DNA from: Thermodesulfobacteriota bacterium
GTDB taxonomy: Bacteria; Desulfobacterota; BSN033; UBA1163
Assembly (NCBI GenBank): GCA_036769565.1
Contig: DAIPKW010000002.1
Coordinates: 9,727 to 73,726, forward strand
DNA length: 64,000 nt
Direction: 5' to 3'
Under the pieces are notes generated by a model. That model saw only the letters and a list, made by a program, of their open reading frames with translations, did not search any database and was not told where the DNA came from. Position 1 is the first letter of the stretch. The number at the start of each line of letters is the position of its first letter. Made by a program: the position numbers and the translations under genes. Shown piece after piece: positions 48,007 to 58,236 of this stretch.

Positions 48007-48084
48007 AGATATCAATCCTCCTCTCGCTTTATAACACTATCGCTTTTACGAGAAAATCATTTTCTTCGATAAATTCATCTCAAT

Positions 48085-48218
48085 ATATCTAAATTCCAAT
48101 CACCAAATTCCAAACAAATTCCAATCATCCAATAACAAAAGAACCTATTCCCAAATCATATTTGAAAATTTGGTTATTGATGTTTGGTGATTATTTGATA
48201 ATTGGAATTTGGGTATTT
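48085..48218. repeat. Heptamer-periodic palindromic element, family B (copy 1)
   Basis: The left arm AAATTCCAATCACCAAATTCCAA... is complementary to the right arm ...TTGGTGATT...TTGGAATTT. Shares AAATTCCAATCACCAA and CCAATAACAAAA with 56598-56770. Confidence 0.8.
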
Positions 48219-48225
48219 ACAGCTC

Positions 48226-50172
48226 CTATTCGACGTCCAATATCCTCACCTTTGTTTCAATCGTTCCTATATGTCCATCCCGGTACCGGACCTTACCAGT
48301 TACCTGTAGCTCCTTCTGGCCACTATACATGGCTTCGATCAAGTTAATATATTGCTCATAGACAAACTTTCTTCGAACTTTTCCTGTTCGCGTCAGCTCC
48401 TCATCATCGGCATCGAGAAGTTTATACAGGAGGATGATCTTATGCAATCTCATCGGTTTGGGCAACTGGGTATTCACATGGCGGACTTCACCAAGAATCA
48501 GTTCTTCAACCTCGGACCGTTGAGAAAGATCGGTATAAGTCGTATAGGGTATCATCCGATCCTCTGCCCAACTGCCCACGTTGCCAAAATCGATATTAAT
48601 GAAACCCGTGATATAATCACGGCCCTCCCCCCAGACCACAGCTTCTTTAATATAGGGGCTGAATTTGAGTCTTGTTTCGATGAAATCTGATGAAATGGCC
48701 TCGCCAGCCTTGGTCCGCATAATCTCTTCCTTGCGGCCAATGATGAGAAGATGCCCATCGTCATCAATATAACCGGCATCTCCCGTATGGAGCCAACCAT
48801 CGCGAAGGGCTTTATTCGTGGCCTCTGAATCTTGATAATAACCCACAAAGCTGGAAGGGGTTTTAACGAGAACCTCCTGGTCTTCAGCAATCCTAATTTC
48901 GGTTCGGGGCAGAGGCTTGCCAACCGATTCAGGTTTAACCTCCTTGTCTGGCTGTACCTGAAAAACCCCTCCGCCTTCGGTCAGACCGTAGGCATGCTTC
49001 AAATTCAATCCTTTCGCCCTGAAGAAACGGATCACATCCGGACTGATGGGGTGTCCTCCTGTGACAGCAGCACGGATCTGTGAGCAGCCTACCCGATCAA
49101 GAAGAGGCTTATAGACGATCTTTCCGAAGAGTTTGTGAAGAAAAGAGAGAGAAGCCGGGATGGGTTCCTTCTTCGATTCCCGATCCACCACCGCCCCTCC
49201 AATCTTCTCACCTAAGTGAAACAGTTTCCGTTTGATCCAGCCTGAGTCTGCCATCTTCACCCTGATCTTAGAGGCAAGATCTTCCCAGAATCGAGAAGAG
49301 GTGATGATTACGACCGGTCCGATCTCACGGAAATCTTCCGCCTGAGTCTCTAAGGTCTCTGGGAAGTTCATCGCCATCCCGGTAAGAGGAGAGACCCCCA
49401 TCCCCCACATCTGATCAACAATCCAGGCGGTTGGGGTGATCGAAATCCAGTTGTCCCCTACGCCAATAGGAGCGGTCTCGATCCATTTACGGGCAATCTC
49501 CGTAAAACTCTGATGGGAGATCATTGCCAGTTTTGGAATGCCCGTCGTCCCAGAGGTCATGATCATCAGTGCCACTTCCTCTGGCTTTCCTTTCCAAAGC
49601 TCCTCTTCGTAAAGACGGGGCTGTTTCTTATCCAACTCTTCACCTAATTTCAGGAGCTCCTGAAAGCTCATCAACCATGGATTGCCAGCATACGTCCTCA
49701 TCCCTGTGGGATCAATATAGATGACCTTCCGGACATGAGGAAGCTGCTCCTTCATCTCCAGGAGTTTATCCACCTGCTCCTGATCCTGGACAATCGCAAT
49801 GGCCGCCTGAATCCGGTTCAGCATCGTGGCTAATTCTTTTGCGATCGAAGAGGTAAACATATTGACTGTGATCGCACCAATGGCCTGGGCCCCCAACTCT
49901 CCGAATAACCACTCCGGATGGTTATTGACAATGAGGCCAATATTCTCTCCCCGCTTCAACCCGAGGGCTAACAGACCCAGCGCGACCTGTTTGGTATAGC
50001 GGTGGTAATCCTCCCAGGTATAGGCCAGCCATATTCCGAACATCTTTTCGCGGATGGCGATTTGAGAGGTTCCCAAACGCTCTGCCTGTTTAGCTAAAAT
50101 CTGTGGCAGGGTGAGCTTGGCTAAAGATTGCACAACCTCTTCATCGAAACGTTTTGCTCTGCTAACTTCCAT
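48226..50172 (-). CDS. Long-chain acyl-CoA synthetase-like AMP-binding protein embedded in the ABC operon
   Basis: MTSGTTGIPK, YGLTE and HTGDAG. The track's N-terminal extension is a translated repeat. Confidence 0.9.
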   Translation of the reverse strand: MEVSRAKRFDEEVVQSLAKLTLPQILAKQAERLGTSQIAIREKMFGIWLAYTWEDYHRYTKQVALGLLALGLKRGENIGLIVNNHPEWLFGELGAQAIGAITVNMFTSSIAKELATMLNRIQAAIAIVQDQEQVDKLLEMKEQLPHVRKVIYIDPTGMRTYAGNPWLMSFQELLKLGEELDKKQPRLYEEELWKGKPEEVALMIMTSGTTGIPKLAMISHQSFTEIARKWIETAPIGVGDNWISITPTAWIVDQMWGMGVSPLTGMAMNFPETLETQAEDFREIGPVVIITSSRFWEDLASKIRVKMADSGWIKRKLFHLGEKIGGAVVDRESKKEPIPASLSFLHKLFGKIVYKPLLDRVGCSQIRAAVTGGHPISPDVIRFFRAKGLNLKHAYGLTEGGGVFQVQPDKEVKPESVGKPLPRTEIRIAEDQEVLVKTPSSFVGYYQDSEATNKALRDGWLHTGDAGYIDDDGHLLIIGRKEEIMRTKAGEAISSDFIETRLKFSPYIKEAVVWGEGRDYITGFINIDFGNVGSWAEDRMIPYTTYTDLSQRSEVEELILGEVRHVNTQLPKPMRLHKIILLYKLLDADDEELTRTGKVRRKFVYEQYINLIEAMYSGQKELQVTGKVRYRDGHIGTIETKVRILDVE

Positions 50173-50189
50173 ATGCCCATGACTCCATA

Positions 50190-50285
50190 TTGGAATAATG
50201 GAACGATGGAAGAATGGAATATTGAGCTTCCTTATCAAATGAATGATTTTTATTGATCCATTATTCCACTATTCCATTATTCCAT
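50190..50285. repeat. Periodic palindromic element (GGAATAAT type)
   Basis: TGGAATAATGGAACGATGGAAGAATGGAATATT versus CCATTATTCCACTATTCCATTATTCCA. Confidence 0.8.
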
Positions 50286-51113
50286 TTAAAATTTGGTTGT
50301 CTCGCCCAGATAGGCTTTGATCACTTCCGGGTGATTCTGAATCTCTTCCGGAGTTCCCTCTGCGATCTTCTCTCCAAAATTCAAGACCATGATCCGCTGA
50401 GACACGCTCATCACAACCGACATGTCATGTTCTACCAGGATCATCGTCTGACCCCAGGCTGAGTTCAGCTCGAGTAAAAATCGGACCATATCCTCTTTTT
50501 CCTCGAGCGTCATCCCGGCAAAGGGTTCGTCCAGAACCAAAAGCTTAGGCTCTAATGCCAGCGCCCTGCCCAGTTCCACTCTCTTTCGTAAACCATAGGG
50601 AAGAGATCCCACGGTTTTTTTACGGATGGGTTGCATCTCAAGAAAATCAATCAGCTCTTCGAGAATCTGTCGGTGTTCTACTTCCTTCTTCCTCACGGAT
50701 CGAGAGAATAAAGCGGCCCCTCCAAAACCATAGTCACAATATAGATGCCGTGCCAAAAGCATGTTGGAAAGCACGGTCATGCCTGGAAAGAGTTCAATGT
50801 TCTGATACGTCCGTCCAATTCCCTTCTGGGTGATTTCATGAGGGTGCTGGCCCATGATCTCCTCTCCATTGAAGAGGATCTTTCCGCTCTGCGGGTGATA
50901 GTAACCGGTAATGGAATTCATCAGACTGGTCTTACCCGCACCGTTGGGCCCGATGACGCTGACCAGTTCGCCTGTGTGAACCGTCAGGTTAACATCATGC
51001 AGGGCCATCACCCCCCCGAAGTTGAGAGTAACATTTTTAACCTCAAGCTCAGCAGTCTTCTGGGAGACTTGTTCCGGTGAAAAGATTTTCGGCTGACCTC
51101 GAAATGCCTTCAT
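50286..51113 (-). CDS. livG: Branched-chain-type ABC transporter ATP-binding protein
   Basis: IGPNGAGKTS, RTYQN, LPYGLRKRVELGRAL, LDEP and VEHDM. Confidence 0.9.
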   Translation of the reverse strand: MKAFRGQPKIFSPEQVSQKTAELEVKNVTLNFGGVMALHDVNLTVHTGELVSVIGPNGAGKTSLMNSITGYYHPQSGKILFNGEEIMGQHPHEITQKGIGRTYQNIELFPGMTVLSNMLLARHLYCDYGFGGAALFSRSVRKKEVEHRQILEELIDFLEMQPIRKKTVGSLPYGLRKRVELGRALALEPKLLVLDEPFAGMTLEEKEDMVRFLLELNSAWGQTMILVEHDMSVVMSVSQRIMVLNFGEKIAEGTPEEIQNHPEVIKAYLGETTKF

Positions 51114-51154
51114 GGTTCACCTTCTCAGATCTATATAGAATGGCCTTTAGTGCT

Positions 51155-51202
51155 CCTCTTTCCCCCTGCGTCAATCCGTTTCAGACACAGGGGGAAAGAG
51201 GC
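51155..51202 (-). terminator. Long GC-rich hairpin after the substrate-binding protein gene (terminator or mRNA-stabilising stem)
   Basis: CCTCTTTTCCCCCTGCGTC...GACACAGGGGGAAAGAGG. Confidence 0.65.
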
Positions 51203-51240
51203 AAAGGATTTTAAACTTTCAACTCAAATGGAAACCACAA

Positions 51241-52446
51241 CTATCTTTTCGGTGTCCTCAAGACCTTGATGGCTCCCTTTCCTGGAGAAAAGTAATCGGT
51301 CATGGGAGTATACGTGGTATCCTCATGCACTTGAACAATCCTGGTCACATTGGACCCTTCGTGTTTATCTTTGGTATAGGTGATTTTGGGGACAAGACCG
51401 CCAAAATCTTCATCCTTAAAAGTCTCGAGCGCTTTATTGATATTCTCTGCATTGATCGTCTTAAATAATCCAGACGCCCGGTGTACGGCTCGCTCCATGA
51501 TCATTCCGACCACAACGCCTTCCCAGTAGGAGGTATCATACTTGTCCACAGACTTGTACTTCTTGATGAGGCTATCCATTAACTCCATTCCCCAGATCTT
51601 ATCTCCGGGAAGGGTTCCGCAGAAACTCATGAAGAGACGATCCCGAATCAGTCCTTTACCCAGTTTAAAGAAATCGGCATCCGTGATCGTCCAGGTTCCA
51701 AAAATGGGGCCTTTAAAATCAACCCGGTCCGCCGCAGTCAGGGCTCGGATCACTGCCTCAGGAAGCATCTGAACAGAGATATATTCCGCCCCTTTTCCTT
51801 TCAGCCGGAGCACTTCTGTGGAGATGTCAATGGTGGCCATTGGAAACTCTTCGATCCCCACGATATTGATGCCATGTTTCCCGGCATAGTCTTTGCTTGG
51901 ATCATGAATCGATTTTCCGAAGGTGGTATTGTAAGTCAACAGACCCACTTTGGGAGCATCTTTGCCTTTATGGATGGCTTTGATATATTCCAGAACCGCA
52001 TGTGAATCCATCACATAACTCCCAAAAGGCAGATAGATATAGTCCACTGGCGGAGCTAAAATTCCCTGAAAGGTGGAAAAGACGATGGTGGGAATTTTAT
52101 GTTCCTGGATAATGGGTTTGATCATAATGCTAGTTCCCGCATCCCAGGTGGTAATCATATCCATCTTCTCTTCACAGAATTTTTTCACCAATTTTACACC
52201 TTCTGGAGGCTTGAACGCATGATCCACCACAGTGAGTTCCAGTTTTCTCCCGCCCACACCACCTTTGACCTCATTGACGTGACGGACGTAGTCCGTAATT
52301 CCTTTGGCATGATACTGGCCCCAGGTGGAGGCTGGACCCGTGAGATTGATCACCGCCCCCAATCGAACAGGCTGGGTCCAACCTTCTACTGTCAGGCTAA
52401 AACAAAAAGCCACTAAGACAATTGAAAAAATAAATATCTTTTTCAT
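51241..52446 (-). CDS. ABC transporter substrate-binding protein (LivK / periplasmic binding protein type 1)
   Basis: Signal peptide, LGAVINLTGPAS, VNEVKGGVGGRKLEL; first gene of the Liv-type operon. Confidence 0.88.
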   Translation of the reverse strand: MKKIFIFSIVLVAFCFSLTVEGWTQPVRLGAVINLTGPASTWGQYHAKGITDYVRHVNEVKGGVGGRKLELTVVDHAFKPPEGVKLVKKFCEEKMDMITTWDAGTSIMIKPIIQEHKIPTIVFSTFQGILAPPVDYIYLPFGSYVMDSHAVLEYIKAIHKGKDAPKVGLLTYNTTFGKSIHDPSKDYAGKHGINIVGIEEFPMATIDISTEVLRLKGKGAEYISVQMLPEAVIRALTAADRVDFKGPIFGTWTITDADFFKLGKGLIRDRLFMSFCGTLPGDKIWGMELMDSLIKKYKSVDKYDTSYWEGVVVGMIMERAVHRASGLFKTINAENINKALETFKDEDFGGLVPKITYTKDKHEGSNVTRIVQVHEDTTYTPMTDYFSPGKGAIKVLRTPKR

Positions 52447-52590
52447 AAGTATCCCCTCCCTTTTTTGGTTAAAATAACTCCCGATTTAATTCTCTTTTTT
52501 TCATCTGCATGTGCGGTAGACAAAAACTCCTCAAAATATCTTTAACAATCTTGATGAATCACCTCCTTTCCCGATAGAATTCAGTCCTTA

Positions 52591-52711
52591 CCCTGTTAGA
52601 AAGCCCCGATGCTCGCAGCGGGGATGAGTTAATTACCTCCTTGGTGAACACGGGGTTTAATGCCCCGTGTGAGCTTTCCCGTTAGAAGGGCAAAGCTTTT
52701 CTAACGGTGTT
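52591..52711. repeat. Non-autonomous palindromic element resembling IS200/IS605-family ends
   Basis: CCCTGTTAGAAAG-CCCCG...CGGGG ... CACGGGG-TTTAATG-CCCCGTG ... CTTTTCTAACGG, with GTTAGAAAG/CTTTTCTAAC inverted termini. Confidence 0.55.
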
Positions 52712-52997
52712 TAATTAATCATTAGACGTTCCTATAAGGCGAACCCATTTTACACATCTAAAAACAAAAAGCAAGTAAAATATTTCACACGGTAATAAAG
52801 ATTTTTTCTCAAATGATTTCAATCCAATGTCGAATCATCTCTACAATAAAAATCCGTTATCTGAGTCACATTCAGATAGCAGCCCGACTATCTTCCTTTC
52901 CTCCAGAGATCACAAGCAATACCTCTGGACCCGAAAAGAGAGTATCTAAAAAAAGATCGAATGTCAAGGAGTTTCGGAAGGCGAAACGCAATTTTTC

Positions 52998-55900
52998 TTA
53001 ATTCAACCGCACTGAGACCACTTTTGAAACGCCAGGGGTCTCCATCGTGATCCCATAGAGGGTATTGGCCATCTCCATCGTCTTTTTATTGTGTGTGATG
53101 AGAATAAACTGAGAGGTTTTAGAAAACTCCTTTACCATCTCGATGAAACGGTTGATGTTAGCATCGTCCAAAGGTGCATCGATCTCATCGAGCAGACAGA
53201 AGGGTGTGGGTTTGATCATGAAGAGTCCGAAGAGTAAGGCGGTTGCAACCAGAGCTTTCTCTCCTCCTGAAAGCAGGTCAATATTCTGTAACTTCTTTCC
53301 CGGAGGCTGGGCAATGATATCCACTCCAGAGGTGGAGGGATCCTGTTCATCCACCAGAATGAGACTGGCCTGTCCGCCCTTGAAGAGCCTGACGAAAACC
53401 TCCTTGAACTTCTCATTGACCAGATGAAAGGTTTCTAAGAACCGTTTCGTTGTCGTCCGGTTGATCCGGACAATGGCTTTCTTCAGTGTATCGAGCGCCT
53501 GTTGAAGGTCGCTCTGCTGTTCGGTCAGAAAGTCATGTCTCTGTTTTAGCTCCTGATACTCCTCAAGGGCCAGAAGGTTGACCTCCCCAAATGCTTCCAG
53601 ACTTGTTTTTAGCTCAGCAAGCCGTTTGGACATCTCTTCCCTTGGAAACTCCTCTGGAACCATACCGATCGAGGTCGAAAGTGTAGCACCATAGCGTTCT
53701 CTCATCGAATCCTGTAAATGCTGGAGTTTCAACTGAATCTCAGAAACACGGATCTCCTCCTCATGGCTTTTCTGCCGGACATCTTCCAACTCGTGTCGAA
53801 GATATCTCGCTGAAGCCTCTGCCTCCTTCCATTCATTCGAGAGCGCCTCCACCTTCTCCCTCTGGTGAACCAGACTCTCTTCTTTCAACCGGTGGTTCTG
53901 AATCAACTCTTCGAGTTCCTTTTCTCTCTCATCGATCCTTTCCCCCAGTGTGGTCACTTCCTGTCGGGAGATTCGGATTCTCTTCACCCGATGAACTACC
54001 TGTTCTCGCAATGTCCGGATATTTTCCGAGAAGTTAAGAATCTGACCTTCCACCCCCCTCTGTTTCTCCTCGATCGAAGCTAAATGGACCTTTTTATCTG
54101 TGATCCTTCCTCCCAACTCCTCTGCCCCTTCTCTGACTTCCTCCTCGGTCTTCTTCAGGGATTGAAGCTCCTCCTCCTTCTTCTGTCGAGCAACCTCCTC
54201 TTTCTCCATCTGATCCAGAACGGCCTTTGTCTCCTCCTCGATCTCTCGGCCCTCTCTTTGGAGCTCTTCTCCCTCGAATTGAAGAAGTTCCTCTCTCTGT
54301 TGGAATTGTGAGATCTCCTTTCTCACCCCTTCCAGATCCCTGTCCTGATGGAGGAGTTCAATCTCTTTGGCCTGAATCTCTCTCTTTCTATTTTCCAACC
54401 GAATCTCTCTTTCGAGGATCTCCTGGTGAAGCCGGCCCTCCTCATCAAGGGCCTGACGGCATCTCTCCTCCTCGGCTTCAATCTTCTTCTCAAGCTCTCG
54501 GATCTCACGCCTTCTTTCAAGAATGCCAAGGCCCTGATCACGGCTTCCTCCAGAGATCAGACCTGTCCGCTCGACCACCTCACCCTCCAGGGTGACGAGG
54601 GTCACAAAGGTCCCTTCTCTCTTGATCCACTGGAGTGCTCTCTCCAGATGATCAACCACACCCACATCTCCGATCAGAAACTCTGCGATGTGAGAAAATC
54701 CTTCCTTCACTTTAACGAACCTCATCAGAGCCACTGGCCCATCTTCAAATTCGGTTCGCACAGGCCTCTCTCTTTCCGAATGACCTTCTGCCCCTACAGG
54801 AATGAAACTTCCACGGCCCAAAGATTCTCGCTTGAGGAATTCGATGGCAGCGACTGCCTCTCTTTCATCGGCCACCATCAGATATTGCAACCGTTGTCCC
54901 AAAACCGCCTCCAGGGGGATCTCATACGAAGGCTCGGGCTCCAGGATATCCGCCACCACCCCAGAGATCCGACTCCATTGCTCAGGCTCTTCCCGCTTTC
55001 TGAGGAGAAGAGACTTGACGCCTTTTTCAAACCCTTCATAACTCTCCTGAAGTTCTTTGAGGGATTGGTACCGAGAGCGATCCTGTCTCAATCTCTCTTC
55101 GGCTTCGAATCGTTCGGATTGCCTGGCCAGAAAGGCCTCCTTCAACGCTTCCAGCTCTTCTGTCCACTTCTCCTTCTCCTCTTGGAGTGTCCTCTGAATG
55201 GATCGATTGATCTCTCTCTCCTTCTCCGCTCTTGATAAGGTCTCGTTGAGCCGGGCCAGTCCTGTCTTCACCTCTTCAGACTCTTTTGCATGAGAGCGAA
55301 TCCGTTTCTGAAGATCCTCGCTTCTCTCCTCGAGATGGGACTGACGGTTTCTCAGGGAGGTGAGCCGGGTCAGCGTATTGATCAACGCTCCCTTTTCCGC
55401 TTCGATCTGATCCGATACGTCCTGTAATGTTCCTCTGAACTCGTTGTAGAGCACTTCCCATTCTTTAACGATCTCTTCAATCTCGCGACTCTCCCGTTCC
55501 AGCTCCTTTCGGGTCTCTTCCGTTCTTCTTCGTTCTTTCCGGATCTCTTTTAAAGACCGGAGCCCCTCTCCAACCTCCTCTTTCATCTGGGCCTCCTGTC
55601 TCTGAAGCCCCTCCTTCTCTCTCCTGAAGAACTCGACTTCGCTCTCCATCCTTTGAATCTTCTGATTCAGATCGTAAATCTCCTGCTGGAGGCTTCGGAG
55701 TCTCTCCTCTTCCTCCAAACTTCTCATTCTCATCCCTTCGACCGATGCCTCCCTTTCGGCCATCTGTCCGGAGATCACCGCCTCTCTCTCCCTCAGGGCT
55801 TTGAGATAACCGCGGGCCGCCTCCCCTTTTTCTGAAAGCTCTCCATATTCCTGAAGGGCAAAACGGAGCTCGATCTCCCGGACTTCCTTCCGCATCGCCT

Positions 55901-56555
55901 TATACTCCTCTGCCCGCTTCACCTGCCTTTCCAGGGTGACGATCTGACGCTTCACTTCAGCGATGATGTCCTGAATCCTCAGAAGATTCTGCTGGGTCGC
56001 ATCCATCTTCATCAGAGCAAGCCTTTTCCGTTCCTTATACTTCGCAATCCCTCCTGCCTCTTCAATGAGGAAGCGTCGGTCCTGCGGATTGGCATGGATG
56101 AGGTACTCCACCCGGCCCTGCTCAACAATCGAATAGCCATTCACCCCGATCCCTGTATCGAGGAAGAGATCGATGATATCTCTCAGGCGACAGGGAGTCC
56201 GGTTGATCAAGAATTCACTCTCTCCTGATCGGAAGAGTCTGCGGGTGATGGTGATCTCGCTGTATTGCTGGTATTCCTGGGGAGCAGACCCATCCTCATT
56301 GGAGAAGGTGAGGCTCACTTCGGCCATTCCCAGGGGTTTTCGACCATCCGTGCCACTGAAGATCACATCCTCCATCAACTTGCCGCGAAGATGTTTGGCA
56401 CTCCGTTCGCCAATCGCCCAGAGGATGGCATCGACGATGTTCGACTTTCCGCAACCATTAGGTCCAACGATCGTTGTAATCCCTTCTGGAAACGTGAGCT
56501 GAAGCCGGTCCACAAACGATTTAAACCCGATCATCTCCAGTGATTTGAGTTTCAT
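52998..56555 (-). CDS. smc: Chromosome segregation protein SMC
   Basis: GFKSF, VGPNGCGKSNIVDAI, long coiled coils with a hinge, LLSGGEK and LDEIDAPLD. Confidence 0.98.
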   Translation of the reverse strand: MKLKSLEMIGFKSFVDRLQLTFPEGITTIVGPNGCGKSNIVDAILWAIGERSAKHLRGKLMEDVIFSGTDGRKPLGMAEVSLTFSNEDGSAPQEYQQYSEITITRRLFRSGESEFLINRTPCRLRDIIDLFLDTGIGVNGYSIVEQGRVEYLIHANPQDRRFLIEEAGGIAKYKERKRLALMKMDATQQNLLRIQDIIAEVKRQIVTLERQVKRAEEYKAMRKEVREIELRFALQEYGELSEKGEAARGYLKALREREAVISGQMAEREASVEGMRMRSLEEEERLRSLQQEIYDLNQKIQRMESEVEFFRREKEGLQRQEAQMKEEVGEGLRSLKEIRKERRRTEETRKELERESREIEEIVKEWEVLYNEFRGTLQDVSDQIEAEKGALINTLTRLTSLRNRQSHLEERSEDLQKRIRSHAKESEEVKTGLARLNETLSRAEKEREINRSIQRTLQEEKEKWTEELEALKEAFLARQSERFEAEERLRQDRSRYQSLKELQESYEGFEKGVKSLLLRKREEPEQWSRISGVVADILEPEPSYEIPLEAVLGQRLQYLMVADEREAVAAIEFLKRESLGRGSFIPVGAEGHSERERPVRTEFEDGPVALMRFVKVKEGFSHIAEFLIGDVGVVDHLERALQWIKREGTFVTLVTLEGEVVERTGLISGGSRDQGLGILERRREIRELEKKIEAEEERCRQALDEEGRLHQEILEREIRLENRKREIQAKEIELLHQDRDLEGVRKEISQFQQREELLQFEGEELQREGREIEEETKAVLDQMEKEEVARQKKEEELQSLKKTEEEVREGAEELGGRITDKKVHLASIEEKQRGVEGQILNFSENIRTLREQVVHRVKRIRISRQEVTTLGERIDEREKELEELIQNHRLKEESLVHQREKVEALSNEWKEAEASARYLRHELEDVRQKSHEEEIRVSEIQLKLQHLQDSMRERYGATLSTSIGMVPEEFPREEMSKRLAELKTSLEAFGEVNLLALEEYQELKQRHDFLTEQQSDLQQALDTLKKAIVRINRTTTKRFLETFHLVNEKFKEVFVRLFKGGQASLILVDEQDPSTSGVDIIAQPPGKKLQNIDLLSGGEKALVATALLFGLFMIKPTPFCLLDEIDAPLDDANINRFIEMVKEFSKTSQFILITHNKKTMEMANTLYGITMETPGVSKVVSVRLN

Positions 56556-56597
56556 TCGATCATCCCTGACCACTCAATTAACGAATTGTTATGGAAC

Positions 56598-56770
56598 AAA
56601 TCAAACACCAATAACCAGATAACAACCCAAATTCCAATCACCAAGCACCAATAACCAAATAATGACCAATTTTCCAATAACAAAAAGTAAAATCCTTTTT
56701 CCCCTTTTTGGTTATTCGAATTTGGTTATTGGTTATTATTGGGTGATTGATTATTGGTGATTGGTTATTT
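56598..56770. repeat. Heptamer-periodic palindromic element, family B (copy 2)
   Basis: CACCAATAACCA... units on the left and TTGGTTATT/TTGGTGATT units on the right; overlaps the gltX stop codon. Confidence 0.8.
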
Positions 56771-58171
56771 CTTTCCAATGTACTGCACTGCCTTTTGGAG
56801 CCTCTTGATCACCTTCTCTTTGCCCAGGATCTCCATCACCTCGTCAATGGGCGGGCTTACGGCCCGGCCTGTCAGGGCCACTCGAAGGGGTTGGGCCACC
56901 TTGACCAGAGGCGCCTGATGCGATTCGGCAAGCCGCTGGATCAGAAGGTGGCTGCCCTCTCTCTTGAGAATCGCCTCCTTCGAGAGAGACTCCACCATCT
57001 CTTTAAAGATGGGCAGAGACTCCTCTCTTAAAAATTTCTGTGCTGAAGCCTCCTCATAGACAATCTCATCGCTGAAATAGAATGCCGAAAGCTCAGCCAT
57101 CTCAACCAGAGTCTTCACCCTCTCTCTGAGAGAGAGAACTACTTTTCTCAAGAGATCGAAATCGCCAATCGAATATCCCTTGGCTTCCATAAACGGCAAG
57201 ACCTTCTTGACCAGTTCATCCGGCTCCATCCTCTTAATATACTGCGAATTGAGCCAGTCCAGCTTTCCCGGATTGATGGCAGCGGCTGCCTTGCCCACAG
57301 CCTCCAGCGTGAACTTTTCGATCAACTCCTTCAGGGTGAACTCCTCTTGATCGCCATAGGACCATCCCAGCCGCACCAGATAGTTCACCACAGCCTGAGA
57401 AAGGTAGCCCATCTTCTGATACTCCATCACCGACTGGGCGCCATGCCTTTTGGAAAGCTTCTTCTTGTCCGGACCAAGGATCATCGGCACATGACCGAAC
57501 TTGGGAAGAGGATATCCTAAGGCCTGGTAGATCTGAATCTGCCTGGGAGTGTTATTGAGATGGTCATTTCCGCGGATGACATGGGTGATGGCCATGGTCA
57601 CATCATCCACAACCACAGAGAAGTTGTATGTGGGAAGCCCGTCACTTCTCAGGATGATGAGGTCATCCAGTTCGCTGTTGTCGAATTCGACTCGACCCTG
57701 AATGAGATCTTCGACCACAGTCTTCCCTTCGTCCGGTGAGAAGAATCGGATCGCAAAGGGACGATCCTGAGGAAATGCTTTTCGACGAAGGCAGGTCCGG
57801 TCATATTTGGGTTTGAGCCCTGCCTTCATGGCCGCCTCTCTTTTGGCATCCAGTTCGTCCGGTGGGCAGTAACATCGGTAAGCCTTTCCCTTGCTCATCA
57901 AAAGCTCAGCCATCTCCTGATAGAGAGCAATTCTCTGGGTCTGGTAGAAGGGACCTTCATCCCAGTCGAGTCCTAACCACCTCATGGCATTGAGAATGAC
58001 CTGGATCGACTCTTGGGTCGATCGCGCCACATCCGTATCCTCGATCCGGAGAATGAACGCACCTCCATGATGACGCGCCAGCAACCAGTTAAAGAGGGCG
58101 GTTCGCGCACCTCCAATATGGAGGTCCCCTGTTGGACTTGGAGCAAATCGTGTTCTAACAGTGGCCATCAC
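56765..58171 (-). CDS. gltX: Glutamate--tRNA ligase
   Basis: RFAPSPTGDLHIGG (HIGH-like), LRIEDTD and KLSKR (KMSKS-like). Confidence 0.98.
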   Translation of the reverse strand: MMATVRTRFAPSPTGDLHIGGARTALFNWLLARHHGGAFILRIEDTDVARSTQESIQVILNAMRWLGLDWDEGPFYQTQRIALYQEMAELLMSKGKAYRCYCPPDELDAKREAAMKAGLKPKYDRTCLRRKAFPQDRPFAIRFFSPDEGKTVVEDLIQGRVEFDNSELDDLIILRSDGLPTYNFSVVVDDVTMAITHVIRGNDHLNNTPRQIQIYQALGYPLPKFGHVPMILGPDKKKLSKRHGAQSVMEYQKMGYLSQAVVNYLVRLGWSYGDQEEFTLKELIEKFTLEAVGKAAAAINPGKLDWLNSQYIKRMEPDELVKKVLPFMEAKGYSIGDFDLLRKVVLSLRERVKTLVEMAELSAFYFSDEIVYEEASAQKFLREESLPIFKEMVESLSKEAILKREGSHLLIQRLAESHQAPLVKVAQPLRVALTGRAVSPPIDEVMEILGKEKVIKRLQKAVQYIGKK

Positions 58172-58178
58172 AAAAAAA

Positions 58179-58214
58179 TCCCCCTTTTCCTTCTTCCCTG
58201 AGAGGAAGGGGGGA
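58179..58214 (-). terminator. Hairpin plus U7 tract between alaS and gltX
   Basis: Minus-strand UCCCCCC-UUCC...GGAA..GGGGGA followed by UUUUUUU, directly before the gltX start. Confidence 0.6.
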
Positions 58215-58236
58215 ATTCATTCCGACATGAGAATCA

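Noticed and set aside
58172-58236. T-box riboswitch before gltX or alaS
   Set aside because: The gap is only ~65 nt with no T-box consensus (UGGNACC) or specifier stem.
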